Of a stretch of DNA of 64,000 bases, positions 48,399 through 57,710 are shown piece by piece. Both the position numbers and the translations under genes were made by a program. Origin of the DNA: an uncultured Candidatus Binatia bacterium (lineage in GTDB: Bacteria > Desulfobacterota > Binatia > UBA9968 > JAJDTQ01); assembly GCA_965242525.1 (NCBI GenBank), contig OZ251459.1, positions 480,001 through 544,000 of the forward strand. Direction: 5' to 3'. Below the pieces are notes generated by a model. That model saw nothing but the letters and a program-made list of their open reading frames with translations. It was not told the DNA's origin and ran no database searches. Every line of letters starts with the position of its first letter. Positions within the stretch are counted from its first letter, which is position 1.

Positions 48399-49364
48399 AT
48401 GAAACCGCCGCCCTTCCGTTACCACTCCCCCCGGTCGCTGCCCGAGGCTCTGGATCTCCTGCGGGACCTGTCCGGGGACGTCCGGGTGCTCGCCGGCGGA
48501 CAGAGCCTTGCGCCGCTGCTCAACCTGCGCCTTGCCCGTCCGGATGCGCTGGTGGACCTCAACCGGGTGGAGGGGCTGTCCTACATCCGCGAAGCGGACC
48601 CTCACGAAGCGGACCCTCACGAAGCGGACCCTCACGACGGAGGCGCTCACGAAGGGGGCGTCCACGAAGCGGGGGGCGCACGGCTTCGCCTGGGCGCCAT
48701 GACCCGGCAGCGCGAGGCCGAGTTCTCGCCCCTGCTGGCGGAGCGCTGCCCGCTCCTGGTGGAGGCCCTGGTCCAGGTGGGCCATCCCGCGGTCCGCAAC
48801 CGCGGCACCATCGGCGGCAGCCTCGCCCATGCCGACCCGGTGGCCGAGCTCCCCTGCGCCATGACCGCGCTGGAGGCCGAGTTCGTGCTGGCCGGCCCCC
48901 GGGGCGAGCGGGTGGCGCGGGCCCGGGACTTCTTCCTGGCCCCCTACGAGACCGCGCTGGCCCCCGGCGAGCTGCTCGTGGAGGTCAGGGTCCCGGCGGC
49001 CGCGGCGCCGCGGGGCGCCAGCTTCGTGGAGTTCAGCCGCCGGCACGGCGACTTCGCCCTGGCCGCGGCCGCGGTGGTGCTGGACGGCGACCGCCGCTGC
49101 ACCGGCGCGCGGGTGGCCGCGGCCGGTCCGGCGTGGACGCCCTCGCGGCTCGACGCGGTGGAGCGGCTGGTGGCCGGGTCCCGGGTGGCCCGCACGGACC
49201 GGGCCGCGCAGCGCGAGCTGGCGGAAGAGGCGGGCCGGGCCGCGGAAACCGAGGCCGCGGCCCTGGCGACCCGTGACGACGCCACCGACTACCAGCGGCG
49301 CCTGGCCGGGGTGCTGGTGAAGCGCGGGGTGGCCAAGGCGCTGGAGCGATGGAGCAGCCGGTGA
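48399..49364 (+). CDS. Molybdo-hydroxylase FAD subunit (CoxM/CutM-like)
   Basis: MKPPPFRYHSP, LAGGQSL, RNRGTIGGSLAHADP, RRHGDFA. Confidence 0.92.
   Translation: MKPPPFRYHSPRSLPEALDLLRDLSGDVRVLAGGQSLAPLLNLRLARPDALVDLNRVEGLSYIREADPHEADPHEADPHDGGAHEGGVHEAGGARLRLGAMTRQREAEFSPLLAERCPLLVEALVQVGHPAVRNRGTIGGSLAHADPVAELPCAMTALEAEFVLAGPRGERVARARDFFLAPYETALAPGELLVEVRVPAAAAPRGASFVEFSRRHGDFALAAAAVVLDGDRRCTGARVAAAGPAWTPSRLDAVERLVAGSRVARTDRAAQRELAEEAGRAAETEAAALATRDDATDYQRRLAGVLVKRGVAKALERWSSR
48591..48680 (+). repeat. 15-bp intragenic VNTR (EADPH x3 plus degenerate units)
   Basis: gaagcggaccctcac x3 followed by three diverged units. Confidence 0.9.
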
Positions 49365-49861
49365 CGGACCCGACCCGCAGACGCGCCGTCTCGGTGACGG
49401 TCAACGGAGCGCCCTGCGCCGCGGAGGTGGACGTGCGCAAGACCCTCGCCGACTTCCTGCGGGAGGACGCGGGCTTCACCGGCGTCCACGTGGGCTGCGA
49501 GCACGGCGTGTGCGGCGCCTGCTCCGTGTTGATGGACGGCGAGGTGGTGCGGTCGTGCATCCTGTTCGCGGTGCAGGCGGACGGCCACGAGGTCGTCACG
49601 GTCGAAGGCCTCGGCAGCGGCGAGGGGATCAGTCCGCTGCAACAGGCGTTCGTGGACCATCACGCGCTCCAGTGCGGTTTCTGCACTCCGGGCATGCTGC
49701 TGGCCGCGGTGGACCTGCTGAAGCGCTGTCCGGACCCCACCGAGGCGCAGGTCCGCGAGGCCCTGTCCGGCAACCTGTGCATGTGCACCGGCTACACGGG
49801 CATCGTCCGGGCGGTGCGCGCCGCGGCGCCGCAAATCGCCGCGAACGAAAGGAGACGCTGA
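49349..49861 (+). CDS. Molybdo-hydroxylase 2x[2Fe-2S] subunit (CoxS/CutS-like)
   Basis: [27 protein letters not shown]. Confidence 0.93.
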   Translation: MEQPVTDPTRRRAVSVTVNGAPCAAEVDVRKTLADFLREDAGFTGVHVGCEHGVCGACSVLMDGEVVRSCILFAVQADGHEVVTVEGLGSGEGISPLQQAFVDHHALQCGFCTPGMLLAAVDLLKRCPDPTEAQVREALSGNLCMCTGYTGIVRAVRAAAPQIAANERRR

Positions 49862-49942
49862 ACGACCGTTCGGTTCGTCCCGAGGGTAGCGAAGTCGAAG
49901 GACGCGCTTTCCCGGGGAGGGCCGGCATCGTGCAGACGTTCC
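49851..49942 (+). mobile_element. Degenerate family-A MITE between the coxS- and coxL-like genes
   Basis: Degenerate TIRs, shortened core, GAAA on both flanks; the coxS TGA lies inside the left TIR. Confidence 0.7.
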
Positions 49943-49961
49943 GAAAGGCTGACCTTCGGGC

Positions 49962-52376
49962 ATGGAAACGGCATCGAGGCAATGGAAGGGCCGGCGGGTC
50001 CCGCTGCGCGAGGACCTGAGGTTCGCCACCGGCAAGGGGACCTACATCGACGACATGAAGTTCCCCGACATGCTCCACGTGGCGATGCTGCGCAGCGTCC
50101 ACGCCCACGCGCGCATCCTGCGGGTCGATATGGGCGAGGCGCTGCGGGCCCCCGGGGTGGCGTGCGGCCTCACCGGGGAGGACGCACGCCGCATGACCGA
50201 GCCGCTGCGCTCCCTGGTCCCCATCCCCGCCCGGCTCGACGCCTATTGCCTGGCCTACCGCAAGGTGACCCACGTGGGCGAGCCCGTGGCCGCGGTGGCC
50301 GCGGCGAGCCGTTACCTGGCGGAAGACGCGCTGGAGAAGGTCCGGGTCGAGTACGAGCCCCTGCCCGCGGCGGTGGACCCCGAGGCGGCCATGGAGCCGG
50401 ACGCGCCGCTGCTGTTCGAGTCCATGGGGACCAACCTCATGTGGCGGGACCGTTTCGACTACGGCGACGTGGAAGGGGCCTTCCGCGCCGCGGACCGGGT
50501 AATCGGGAAGCGCTTCCACATCCAGCGGTACTCTTCCACCGCGCTGGAGACCTTCGGCTGCACCGCGGTGTACGACCACCGCCGCGGGCAGCTCACCGTC
50601 TGGTCCAACGACCAGCGGCCGGGACAGGCCATGCCTATCGTGGCCCACAGCCTGGGCCTCACCCACGCCCAGATCCGTTTCGTCACCCCGGACGTGGGCG
50701 GCGGCTTCGGCAACAAGCGCAAGGCCCAGTACCTGATCGTCGCGGCCCTGTTGTCCAGGCTGAGCGGCGGCCGGCCGGTGCAGTACCTGGAGGACCGCCG
50801 CGAGAACCTCATGGCGCTGGTCCACGCGTGCAACGGCGTGATGGACCTGGAGGCCGCCCTGGACCGGGACGGCCGCATACTCGGCCTGAAGGTGCGGGAC
50901 GTGGCCGACGAAGGGGCCAACGTCCTCAACCCCACGGTCCATTCGATCCTCAAGCTCGGCAACCTGACCAACTGCTACCGCATCCCGGTGGCCCGCTACG
51001 AGGTCAACTCGGTGATGACCCACAAGTGTCCGTCCGGGGCCAACCGGGGCATCGGCAAGCCCTTCATGTGCCTGGCCATGGAGCGGATGATGGACTACCT
51101 GGCCCGGGAGACCGGAGTGGATCGCATCGAGTTGCGGCGGCGGAACCTGGTGCCGCCGGAGGCCATGCCCTACACCGGACCCAGCGGCGCGTTGATCGAC
51201 AGCGGCGACTTCGGCGGCTCCCTGGACAAGCTGCTGCCGCTCATCGGCTACGAGGAGTTCCTGCGGGAGCAGCGGGAGGCCCGGGACCGGGGCCGGTTCC
51301 TCGGCCTGGGTCTCGCCCTGGGCCTGGAGCCCAGCACTTCCAACGCGTCGGCGTACATCCTCTCCTCGGGCAAGCGGAACGCTTCGGGCGCGGCCGAAGC
51401 CGCCATGGTGCGGGTGGAGCACGACGGCAGCATCCTGGTGCTGCTGGGCGACGTGGGCAGCGGCCAGGGGCACGAGACCGCCGCGGCCCAGATCGTCGCC
51501 GACGAGCTGGGCGTGCCCATGGACCTGGTCCGGGTGTCGCCGTTCTTCGACTCCCAGGCCGGCCCGTGGCTCTACGCCACCGGCAACTACTCCAACAAGT
51601 TCGCCGGCACCGACGTGGGCGCCATCCTCGGGGCCGCCCGCAAGGTCCGGAGCAAGCTCCTGGAGCTCGGGGCGCACCTGCTGCAGGCGCCCGCGGACGC
51701 CCTGGAGCTGGCGGACGGGGGCGTGCGCTCCCGCGCCCGTCCCGAGGACGGCAAGACCCTGGCCGAGCTCGCCTTCGTGGCCTACCGCGACCTGCTGTCG
51801 CTCCCCCCGGGGATGGAGCCCGGGCTGGAGGGGCGGTTCTACTACAAGCCGGACATCGCCAACGTCCCGGACGAGCAGCGGCGGGTGCGGAACCAGTTGT
51901 TCGCCAGCAACGCCGCCCACGCGGTCACGGTGGAGGTGGACCCCGACACCGGCGGCGTCGCCATCCTCAAGTACGCGGTGGTGCACGACTGCGGCACGGT
52001 GCTCAACCCGGCCATCGTGGAAGGACTGGTGCAGGGCGCCACCGCCCACGGCATCGGTGCGGCGTTGTACGAGGAGTTCGACTACGACGAGCAGGGGAAC
52101 CTGAAGGCCACCACCTTCGTGGACTACCTCAAGCCCACCGCGGTGGAGATCCCGGACGTGCGCATGGACCACCTGGTGACGCCGTCGCCGTACACGCCCC
52201 TGGGCATGAAGGGGGTGGGGGAGGGGGGCGCCATCCCCGCGCCCGCGGCCATCGTCAACGCGGTGGAGGACGCGCTGGCGCCCCTGGGCTGCACCTTCGA
52301 CCACCTGCCGCTCACCCCCGAGCGGGTGTGGGAGGCGATGGAGAAGGCCCGGGCGTCACGGCCCGCCCAGCCCTGA
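49962..52376 (+). CDS. Xanthine dehydrogenase-family molybdopterin subunit (CoxL-like, not form I CODH)
   Basis: DVGGGFGNK, GANRGIG, GQGHET, HDCG..NP, MKGVGEG; lacks AYxCSFR. Confidence 0.9.
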   Translation: METASRQWKGRRVPLREDLRFATGKGTYIDDMKFPDMLHVAMLRSVHAHARILRVDMGEALRAPGVACGLTGEDARRMTEPLRSLVPIPARLDAYCLAYRKVTHVGEPVAAVAAASRYLAEDALEKVRVEYEPLPAAVDPEAAMEPDAPLLFESMGTNLMWRDRFDYGDVEGAFRAADRVIGKRFHIQRYSSTALETFGCTAVYDHRRGQLTVWSNDQRPGQAMPIVAHSLGLTHAQIRFVTPDVGGGFGNKRKAQYLIVAALLSRLSGGRPVQYLEDRRENLMALVHACNGVMDLEAALDRDGRILGLKVRDVADEGANVLNPTVHSILKLGNLTNCYRIPVARYEVNSVMTHKCPSGANRGIGKPFMCLAMERMMDYLARETGVDRIELRRRNLVPPEAMPYTGPSGALIDSGDFGGSLDKLLPLIGYEEFLREQREARDRGRFLGLGLALGLEPSTSNASAYILSSGKRNASGAAEAAMVRVEHDGSILVLLGDVGSGQGHETAAAQIVADELGVPMDLVRVSPFFDSQAGPWLYATGNYSNKFAGTDVGAILGAARKVRSKLLELGAHLLQAPADALELADGGVRSRARPEDGKTLAELAFVAYRDLLSLPPGMEPGLEGRFYYKPDIANVPDEQRRVRNQLFASNAAHAVTVEVDPDTGGVAILKYAVVHDCGTVLNPAIVEGLVQGATAHGIGAALYEEFDYDEQGNLKATTFVDYLKPTAVEIPDVRMDHLVTPSPYTPLGMKGVGEGGAIPAPAAIVNAVEDALAPLGCTFDHLPLTPERVWEAMEKARASRPAQP

Positions 52377-52401
52377 CGCCCGGGCCCGCGGTTCCGCCCG
52401 C

Positions 52402-53313
52402 CTACACGGTGACGTTGCACACCAGCTCGCCGTACTCCGCGTCCCGGGGGATCAGGTCCCAGGTCAGCATCCACTTGTACTGGCGCTCGAACTCTTCCTC
52501 GGTGTAGGGCTCCGGGTCCACGTAGCGCAGCCGCGGCAGGTAGAAGTCGTCCGGCGCGAGCTCCCTGGCGTAGCGCTCGGGGATCTCGGCCAGCAGGTGC
52601 TTGATGTACTTCTTCGGGTTCCGGTTGATGTAGGCCACCGACTTCCGGATGGCCCGCAGCATGCCCTTGAGCAGGTCGGGGTCCATGTCCGCGGGGCCGT
52701 TCTCCACCCCCAGGTAGTGGCCCTCCACGAGCTTCTTGTACCCGCGTTTCTCGGCCAGCGCGATCCACGGCTCCATGAGCGTGGCCGCTTCCACCTCGCG
52801 GTTCTCCAGCGCCTCGAACCGTTCCCGTACCGTGCCCGCGTGGACCACGTTCATCTCGTCCCGGCCGAGGAAGCCTTCGAGCATGGACAGCGTGTGGTAG
52901 TGGGATCCCTGGTGGTACTGGACCCCGACGCTCTTGCCCGCGAGCTGCATGGGCGCGTTCACCGGGGAGTCCGGGAGGACGTAAACGCCCTGGCACACCA
53001 CCGCCGGGCGCTTGGTCCAGATGGGGCTGCGCCGCTCGCTGTCGTAGGCCCGCCGCACCTGCCCCCACGAGCACGCGCGGTAGATGTCCACCTTCTTCTG
53101 CTCGTACAGGAACTGGTAGTTGGTGGATTTCACCAGCCGGTGGTCGGTCCTGCGCGGGTCGTCCCGGTCGAACCGGGTCTCGCGGACCCCGGGCAGGAAG
53201 ATCTCCACCTCCATGCCCTCTTCCTCGAAGAGCCCCTCTTCCTGCGCCACGAACCAGTGCAGCCCGAGCACCGCCTCGGCGCTCTCCACGTTGATCTTGA
53301 CCCTTTCCGTCAT
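52402..53313 (-). CDS. NMT1/SsuA-like substrate-binding-fold protein, no signal peptide
   Basis: FVAQEEGLFEEEGMEVE, LAGKSVGV, EAATLMEPW. Confidence 0.7.
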   Translation of the reverse strand: MTERVKINVESAEAVLGLHWFVAQEEGLFEEEGMEVEIFLPGVRETRFDRDDPRRTDHRLVKSTNYQFLYEQKKVDIYRACSWGQVRRAYDSERRSPIWTKRPAVVCQGVYVLPDSPVNAPMQLAGKSVGVQYHQGSHYHTLSMLEGFLGRDEMNVVHAGTVRERFEALENREVEAATLMEPWIALAEKRGYKKLVEGHYLGVENGPADMDPDLLKGMLRAIRKSVAYINRNPKKYIKHLLAEIPERYARELAPDDFYLPRLRYVDPEPYTEEEFERQYKWMLTWDLIPRDAEYGELVCNVTV

Positions 53314-53408
53314 CTGTCCGGTCTCCTTTCCACTTTCGAGCGTTGCTTACAACCGAAAAGCACCCAGGGTCAAGGAACCGGAAAGTCCCGGCTGCCTGCC
53401 CGCCGCCG

Positions 53409-54773
53409 CTACCCGGCGTAGCGCGGCACGATGTTGACCGGCGTGTACTCCGCGGGCGCCTCGGTCACGAACAGTTCCGGCTCGATGCCGTAGAGCCGTC
53501 GGGCGTTGCCGCCAAGCAGCTTTTCCTGCGCTTCCCGGGGGACCCCGTGGCGGTTCATGTTGTCCACCGCCTCCCAGGTGTCGGAGGCGTCGTGGTGCGG
53601 CATGTCCGACGACCACAGGCCGATGTCCTCGAAGAGGTCCCACAGCCGGAGGGTGACGTCCTCGTCGCTCTCGAAGGCGATGAAGCACTGCCGGGCAAAG
53701 GTCTCCCGCGGGTCGGCCACCTTCTGGGGCGGCTTGGCCTGCTCCCGCACGAAGCGGTAGAGGTCCAGGTAGGTCTCGGCTTTCTCCAGGACCAGGGGCA
53801 GCCAACTGGAGTTGGATTCCAGGATGGCAACCCGGAGGCGGGGGAACTTCTCCAGCCATCCCGTGAGCAGCGCCACCATGGTCCAGGTCTGGGCCTCGCT
53901 GATGAAGCTCAGGGACTCGGAGCCCGGTTGCACCGATCCCATGCTCCGCATGATGTTCTCCACGAATTGTCCCGGCGAATAGACGTGCACGTCGTGGGCG
54001 GTAAAGGGCGAGCGCCGGGCGCTGCTCTGGCCCCGGGTGCCGGACGACATGCGTTCCGCCATGGCCTCGGTCACCGCCTCGCCGCCGGACGGGAAGGTGT
54101 GCATGCCCAGGGCCATGCCCAACTCCTCGAACTCCTTCCACAGGGGGTCGAACTCGGGGAACGTGGGGTAGCGGTCGTTGACGATCACCGGCCGGACCAC
54201 CGCGGACTTGAAGCCCATCTTGGCCGCCCGGCGGAGCTCCCGGACCGAGTGCCCCACGTCCTGGACGGGCAGCACCGCGCACGGAAACAGCCGCCTGCGG
54301 TCCGCGGCGCAATAGTCGTTGACCCAGTCGTTGTAGGCGGCGGCGCAGATGCGCGCCGCTTCCGCGTTCCTCACCAGGGGCATGCGCACGAAGGTGGAGG
54401 GGAACACCATGACCTGGTCGATGCCCGACGCGTCCATGTCCCGGAGGCGCACCTGGGGGTCGCGCTGGCTGGCGTTGCGGCCGACCTCCCGGTCCCATCG
54501 GGGGTCGCTGGGCGGGATGGACCCCAGGATCTTCTTGTTCATTCCCGGGTGCCAGCCTTGTCCGGGATAGGTGTAGGTCTTGGGGTTGCCGTAGCTGACG
54601 CGGCCGTTCAGGACCATCACGAGCCGGTCCATGTCCCGGTAGAAGTGCTGCTTGGCGAACGCCCGCTGCTTCTCCGGTATGTACTCGTCCCAGACCTCCC
54701 GGGGTTCGTGGATGTGGCTGTCGCAGTCGAAGACCGGAAAGTCCTTGGTGCGCCCCTGCGCCGTATAAGCCAT
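53409..54773 (-). CDS. Amidohydrolase_2 family protein
   Basis: FDCDSHIHEP, LGMHTF, ILESNSSW, WSSDMPHHD. Confidence 0.88.
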   Translation of the reverse strand: MAYTAQGRTKDFPVFDCDSHIHEPREVWDEYIPEKQRAFAKQHFYRDMDRLVMVLNGRVSYGNPKTYTYPGQGWHPGMNKKILGSIPPSDPRWDREVGRNASQRDPQVRLRDMDASGIDQVMVFPSTFVRMPLVRNAEAARICAAAYNDWVNDYCAADRRRLFPCAVLPVQDVGHSVRELRRAAKMGFKSAVVRPVIVNDRYPTFPEFDPLWKEFEELGMALGMHTFPSGGEAVTEAMAERMSSGTRGQSSARRSPFTAHDVHVYSPGQFVENIMRSMGSVQPGSESLSFISEAQTWTMVALLTGWLEKFPRLRVAILESNSSWLPLVLEKAETYLDLYRFVREQAKPPQKVADPRETFARQCFIAFESDEDVTLRLWDLFEDIGLWSSDMPHHDASDTWEAVDNMNRHGVPREAQEKLLGGNARRLYGIEPELFVTEAPAEYTPVNIVPRYAG

Positions 54774-54859
54774 GGTTCCCTCCATGTGTGGGAATGCGCC
54801 GCGCCGGCCCGCTCCGCGGCCCGGACGCCGCGGCTCCGGTCCGGCCGAGCCCCGGGCGG

Positions 54860-55306
54860 CTAGGACCTCGGCCTGAACTTCGGCAGCGTGTACTCTTCGT
54901 GGTCCTCGAAGACCACCTCCACCGCCATGCCGACCTTCACGTCTTCCGGCGCCATGTCCACCACGTTGCTCACCAGCCGGGGTCCCTCTTCCAGGTCGAT
55001 GAGCGACACGTTGTAGGGGATCCGGTCCTGGTAGTCTGGGTGCCACGCGCGATGGTAGGTGACGAAGGAATAGACCGTGCCCCTGCCGCTCACCGGGACC
55101 CATTCGTTGTCGGACGAAAGGCACTTGGCGCACAGGGCCTGGGGCGGGAAGTGGAAGTACGTCCGGCACGAGTTGCACTGCTGCGCGGTGAGCCTGTGCT
55201 CCTTCAGGTTGTCCCAGAAGGGCTTGGCCTCCACCTCCGCGAGGAACGGTTCGTTGCGCGGCGCCGCGCGCCCGCGCTTGTCGTGCGCCTGCTGTGGCTT
55301 GCTCAT
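54860..55306 (-). CDS. Zn-ribbon/OB-fold protein (DUF35/ChsH2-like)
   Basis: PFW, QCNSC..CAKC, SGRGTVYSF, LEEGPRL. Confidence 0.92.
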   Translation of the reverse strand: MSKPQQAHDKRGRAAPRNEPFLAEVEAKPFWDNLKEHRLTAQQCNSCRTYFHFPPQALCAKCLSSDNEWVPVSGRGTVYSFVTYHRAWHPDYQDRIPYNVSLIDLEEGPRLVSNVVDMAPEDVKVGMAVEVVFEDHEEYTLPKFRPRS

Positions 55307-56457
55307 TGTACCCCCAGTACCAGTGAGGCGTGCATGCACAGGCTGCCGCCGTGGCCGCTGATGATGCCCGTTCGGGCGCCATGCACCTGCCGCTCGGGCT
55401 CCACCTCGTTGCCGCGTAGCTGCTTGACGCCTTCGGTGACGTGCATGATCCCCTCCAGGTGGGCCTGGGAAAGCAGCCCGCCGTGGGTGTTGACCGGGAT
55501 CTCGCCGCCCACCTCGATGCGGCCGTCCTTGACGAAGTCCTTGCCCTCGCCCTTGCCGCAGAAACCGTAGTCCTCGATGGTGATCATCGTGGTGATGGTG
55601 AAGCAGTCGTAGATCTGGGCGAAGTCCATGTCCCCGGGTCCGAGGCCCGCCATGCCGTAGGCCAGCTCGGACGATTTCCGGCTTCCCAACGTGGTGAGGG
55701 TGGGCGCGTCCATGACGCTGGAATGGGGGTGGTGCTGCCCCATGCCCAACACCAGCACCGGCTTCCTGGGCAGGTCCCTGGCCCGCTCCAGGCTGGTCAC
55801 CAGCAGGGCGGCCCCGCCGTCCGACTCCAGCGAGCAGTCGAACAGGTGCAGCGGCGCCACGATCATGCGCGACGCTTGGTGGTCCTCGATGGTCATGGGC
55901 TTCTGCATGGCGGCGTTCCGGTTCATGCACGCGTGCTTGCGCGTGGACACCGCGATCTGGCCCAGGTCCTCGCTGGTGGTGCCGAACTCGTGCATGTGGC
56001 GCGTGGCCGCGAACGCGTGGTTGGCCACCGCGGAGAAATGGCCCCAGGGCTGCTCCCAGTGCTCATCGCCGCTGCGGATGGGGTACCCGGGCGTGGGGTC
56101 CGGCGTCGCCCGCTTGCGCGCGTGGACGCACACCACGTAGTTGGCCATGCCCGACTCGATGGCCATGACCGCGTTCTGGATCATGGCGATGGGCGTGGCG
56201 CCCCCCAGGGCCAGGTCCGTGGCGTAGCTGGGATCGATGCCGGCCATGTGCGCCAGGCGCACCGCATAGCTCCGATGGGCGTCCGTGAGCGGCTGGTTGG
56301 TAAGGAAACCGTCCACCTGCGAGGCCCGGACTCCGGCGTCCTCCAGGCAGGCGCGAATCGCTTCCAGGTGAAGCGAGTTGGTGGTGGCCTCGGGCCGCTT
56401 GCCCACCCTGGTCTCGCCCACGCCGACGATGGCGTACTTCCCCGACAGGTTCGACAT
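55303..56457 (-). CDS. SCP2/Ltp2-type thiolase-fold protein
   Basis: AIVGVGET, DCSLESDGGAA, IYDCFT, VNTHGGLLS; LGGATP in place of the catalytic Cys. Confidence 0.88.
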   Translation of the reverse strand: MSNLSGKYAIVGVGETRVGKRPEATTNSLHLEAIRACLEDAGVRASQVDGFLTNQPLTDAHRSYAVRLAHMAGIDPSYATDLALGGATPIAMIQNAVMAIESGMANYVVCVHARKRATPDPTPGYPIRSGDEHWEQPWGHFSAVANHAFAATRHMHEFGTTSEDLGQIAVSTRKHACMNRNAAMQKPMTIEDHQASRMIVAPLHLFDCSLESDGGAALLVTSLERARDLPRKPVLVLGMGQHHPHSSVMDAPTLTTLGSRKSSELAYGMAGLGPGDMDFAQIYDCFTITTMITIEDYGFCGKGEGKDFVKDGRIEVGGEIPVNTHGGLLSQAHLEGIMHVTEGVKQLRGNEVEPERQVHGARTGIISGHGGSLCMHASLVLGVQ

Positions 56458-56466
56458 GACCGCCTC

Positions 56467-57507
56467 CTACTTGTCCAGGCCGATGATCTTCCGCGTGCGG
56501 CTCACCACCTCCGGCGTCATCTGCGTCTTCATGTTGGCGATGAGGTCGGTGAGGTACTTGCCGCTCCTGGGGTTGATGTCCAGGCGCGTCCGCTTGGCGT
56601 CGGCCAGGAACTCGGGGTCCTCCAGCGTGGCCTCGAAGGCCTTCCGCAGGACCGCCACCCTGTCGCCGGGCGTCTTCGGGGGCACGGCCCAGGGCCGCAG
56701 CATGGCCGCGGGCAGGAGCAGGACCTTCATGAACGCGATGTCCGCGGGCTTGGTGATCCTCTCGTTCAGGAACGGCACTTTTCGTTCCTCCAATTCCGGG
56801 TGGCGGTTGTAGTCCAGGTAGGCGATGATCTTCGCTTCGCCGTCGTCGAGCAGGGACATGCCGGTGGACTTCACCGAGTCCCAGCTCCATCCGGTGAGGC
56901 CGTCCACCTCGTTCTGCAGCAGCGCTGCGCGGATGGGCGCGGTGCCCTTGTAGCCGGCCACGATCTCGGATGTCTTGCCGAAGATGTCGTTCATGGCCAA
57001 GGGGATGCTGCAGGTCAGGCTGTTGCGCGACGTGCAGCCGAAGATCAACGGCTTGGTCTTGGGGTCGAGCCACTGGTCCATGGTCCGGATGGGGGAGTCC
57101 TTGCGCACCACCGCGGTGATGGGGCCGCTGTTGGCCAGTCCCAGCCAGATGAACTTGGTGACGTCGTACTTGATCCCGGGGAAGTCCAGGTACTGGGCCT
57201 GGGCCACGCCCCAACTGGGCTGCACCAGCGCGAGGCCGTCCGGCTTGGTCACGTTATAGACGTAGTTGGTGCCGATGAGACCGCTGGCCCCCGGGATGTT
57301 GATGACGATGACGTTGGGCTTGCCGGGGATGTGCTTGCCCAGGTGGCGCGCGAAGAGGCGGGAGTAGGTGTCGTAGCCGCCCCCCGGCGAGTGTACCGAC
57401 ACGATCTTGACCGTCTTGCCTTCGTAGAACGACTTCGCTCCGGCCGCGCTCCCGACCGCCAGCAACGCCGCCATGAAGAGTCCCATCCATGCCATTCGTC
57501 GAGCCAT
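56467..57507 (-). CDS. TctC/Bug-family substrate-binding protein (orphan)
   Basis: Signal peptide; FYEGKT, SPGGGYD, NIPGASG, KPDGL, GYKG. Confidence 0.88.
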   Translation of the reverse strand: MARRMAWMGLFMAALLAVGSAAGAKSFYEGKTVKIVSVHSPGGGYDTYSRLFARHLGKHIPGKPNVIVINIPGASGLIGTNYVYNVTKPDGLALVQPSWGVAQAQYLDFPGIKYDVTKFIWLGLANSGPITAVVRKDSPIRTMDQWLDPKTKPLIFGCTSRNSLTCSIPLAMNDIFGKTSEIVAGYKGTAPIRAALLQNEVDGLTGWSWDSVKSTGMSLLDDGEAKIIAYLDYNRHPELEERKVPFLNERITKPADIAFMKVLLLPAAMLRPWAVPPKTPGDRVAVLRKAFEATLEDPEFLADAKRTRLDINPRSGKYLTDLIANMKTQMTPEVVSRTRKIIGLDK

Positions 57508-57710
57508 TTCCGTTCTCCTTCCTCGTTGGACAGAAAGACCTTCCCGTTTGCCGGACGCTACGATAGACCAGCGGGCGGGCCATTTCAACAGGGAAACGGG
57601 CGCCGCTCCCCGGTTGAACGGACCTTGCGATTGGAGTAGCTTTCCGGTAGCGAGTCCAGCGGAACGGAGCGCCGGAACGCCAACCGGGCGGGCATCCTCG
57701 GGGAGGAACC

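Noticed and set aside
48399-52376. Aerobic CO dehydrogenase
   Set aside because: No AYxCSFR motif and no coxDEFG.
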